Shown here piece by piece: positions 63,802 through 64,000 of a stretch of 64,000 nt of DNA. The position numbers were made by a program, and so were the translations under genes. Source of the stretch: an uncultured Thermoleophilia bacterium (GTDB lineage: Bacteria; Actinomycetota; Thermoleophilia; UBA2241); assembly GCA_964533575.1 (NCBI GenBank), contig CAZHMG010000005.1, forward strand, positions 1,336-65,335. Direction: 5' to 3'. Positions within the stretch are counted from its first letter, which is position 1, and each line of letters opens with the position of its first letter. The notes under the pieces were generated by a model, which searched no databases, was not told where the DNA came from, and saw only the letters and a list, made by a program, of their open reading frames with translations.

Positions 63802-64000
63802 ATGATGGAAGACGAGAACATCGGGAAGACCGAAGCCGACGAGAGCGCAGAGGCCGACAAGAAGAGACTGAACAAGCAGCAGGTCGTGAAGGACGCTTGG
63901 CTGGGCAAGTTCGTCGATCGCGACGGCATTCATCCGGCGGCGTCCGCCGCCGCCGCCCGTATGCGCGTCAAACTGTTCGAGCGGGTGTCGGGTGACTGGA
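63802..64000 (+). CDS. hypothetical protein, 3'-partial (runs off the window)
   Basis: An ATG at 63802 follows the RBS gggggtga. The open frame MMEDENIGKTEADESAEADKKRLNKQQVVKDAWLGKFVDRDGIHP... continues to the window end. Confidence 0.3.
   Translation, partial: MMEDENIGKTEADESAEADKKRLNKQQVVKDAWLGKFVDRDGIHPAASAAAARMRVKLFERVSGDW

Noticed and set aside
63354-63929. 191-aa minus-strand ORF across the DUF5679 gene
   Set aside because: It is antisense to a compact zinc-ribbon gene with a strong RBS. It has no motifs.
1-64000. Scan for tRNA/rRNA genes, IS elements, integrases and CRISPR repeats
   Set aside because: No GTTCGA/GTTCAA T-loop-containing cloverleaf candidates appear in intergenic regions. 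There is no transposase or integrase-like ORF, and no regularly spaced repeat array. The only long repeat is the FemAB-like gene duplication.

Overview
This is a 64-kb, very high-GC (about 70%) bacterial chromosomal segment. Several families present (Holin-X/DUF3618 pair, DUF5679, GT87) make an Actinomycetota-like origin the best guess. I found no rRNA or tRNA genes, no CRISPR arrays, and no transposases or integrases. Coding density is high.

The first 25 kb carries housekeeping and metabolic genes. These include gltX (5' partial), typA, rpiA, msrA, mntP, an archaeal-type PEP carboxylase, pyruvate:ferredoxin oxidoreductase with an overlapping DHOD-like flavoprotein gene, a B12-binding radical SAM enzyme, and PLP-dependent enzymes. 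A small accessory patch sits at 22.3-26.1 kb. It holds a Holin-X-like membrane protein, a DUF3618 protein, an orphan radical SAM/SPASM enzyme, a bacterial eRF1-like (baeRF-type) protein with a GHGQ motif, and a decayed ZIP-transporter fragment.

The centre (about 26.2-52.3 kb) is a roughly 26-kb Wzx/Wzy-type surface-polysaccharide locus. Recognisable components are a WbaP-like priming phosphotransferase, Wzx, a Wzy-like polymerase, a Wzc BY-kinase, five GT4 glycosyltransferases, a UDP-sugar 6-dehydrogenase, a heparinase II/III-like protein, a secreted beta-helix enzyme, a deacetylase-like protein and a GT87/GtrA pair. The locus also contains a set of genes unusual for such loci. Two tandem FemAB/FemX-like aminoacyltransferase paralogs share a 629-bp block at about 99.8% nucleotide identity, which indicates gene conversion. 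Alongside them are a CapK-type adenylate-forming enzyme, an ATP-grasp ligase, and a protein that appears to fuse ParB/Srx-like and FkbM-like domains. I read this as machinery for an amino-acid- or peptide-decorated glycan that has not been characterised.

The 3' part carries ileS (type 2), trxA-trxB, lysC-asd, nadE, glnA and a DUF5679 zinc-ribbon gene.

All domain assignments below come from reading the translated ORFs for motifs. None has been checked against a database.
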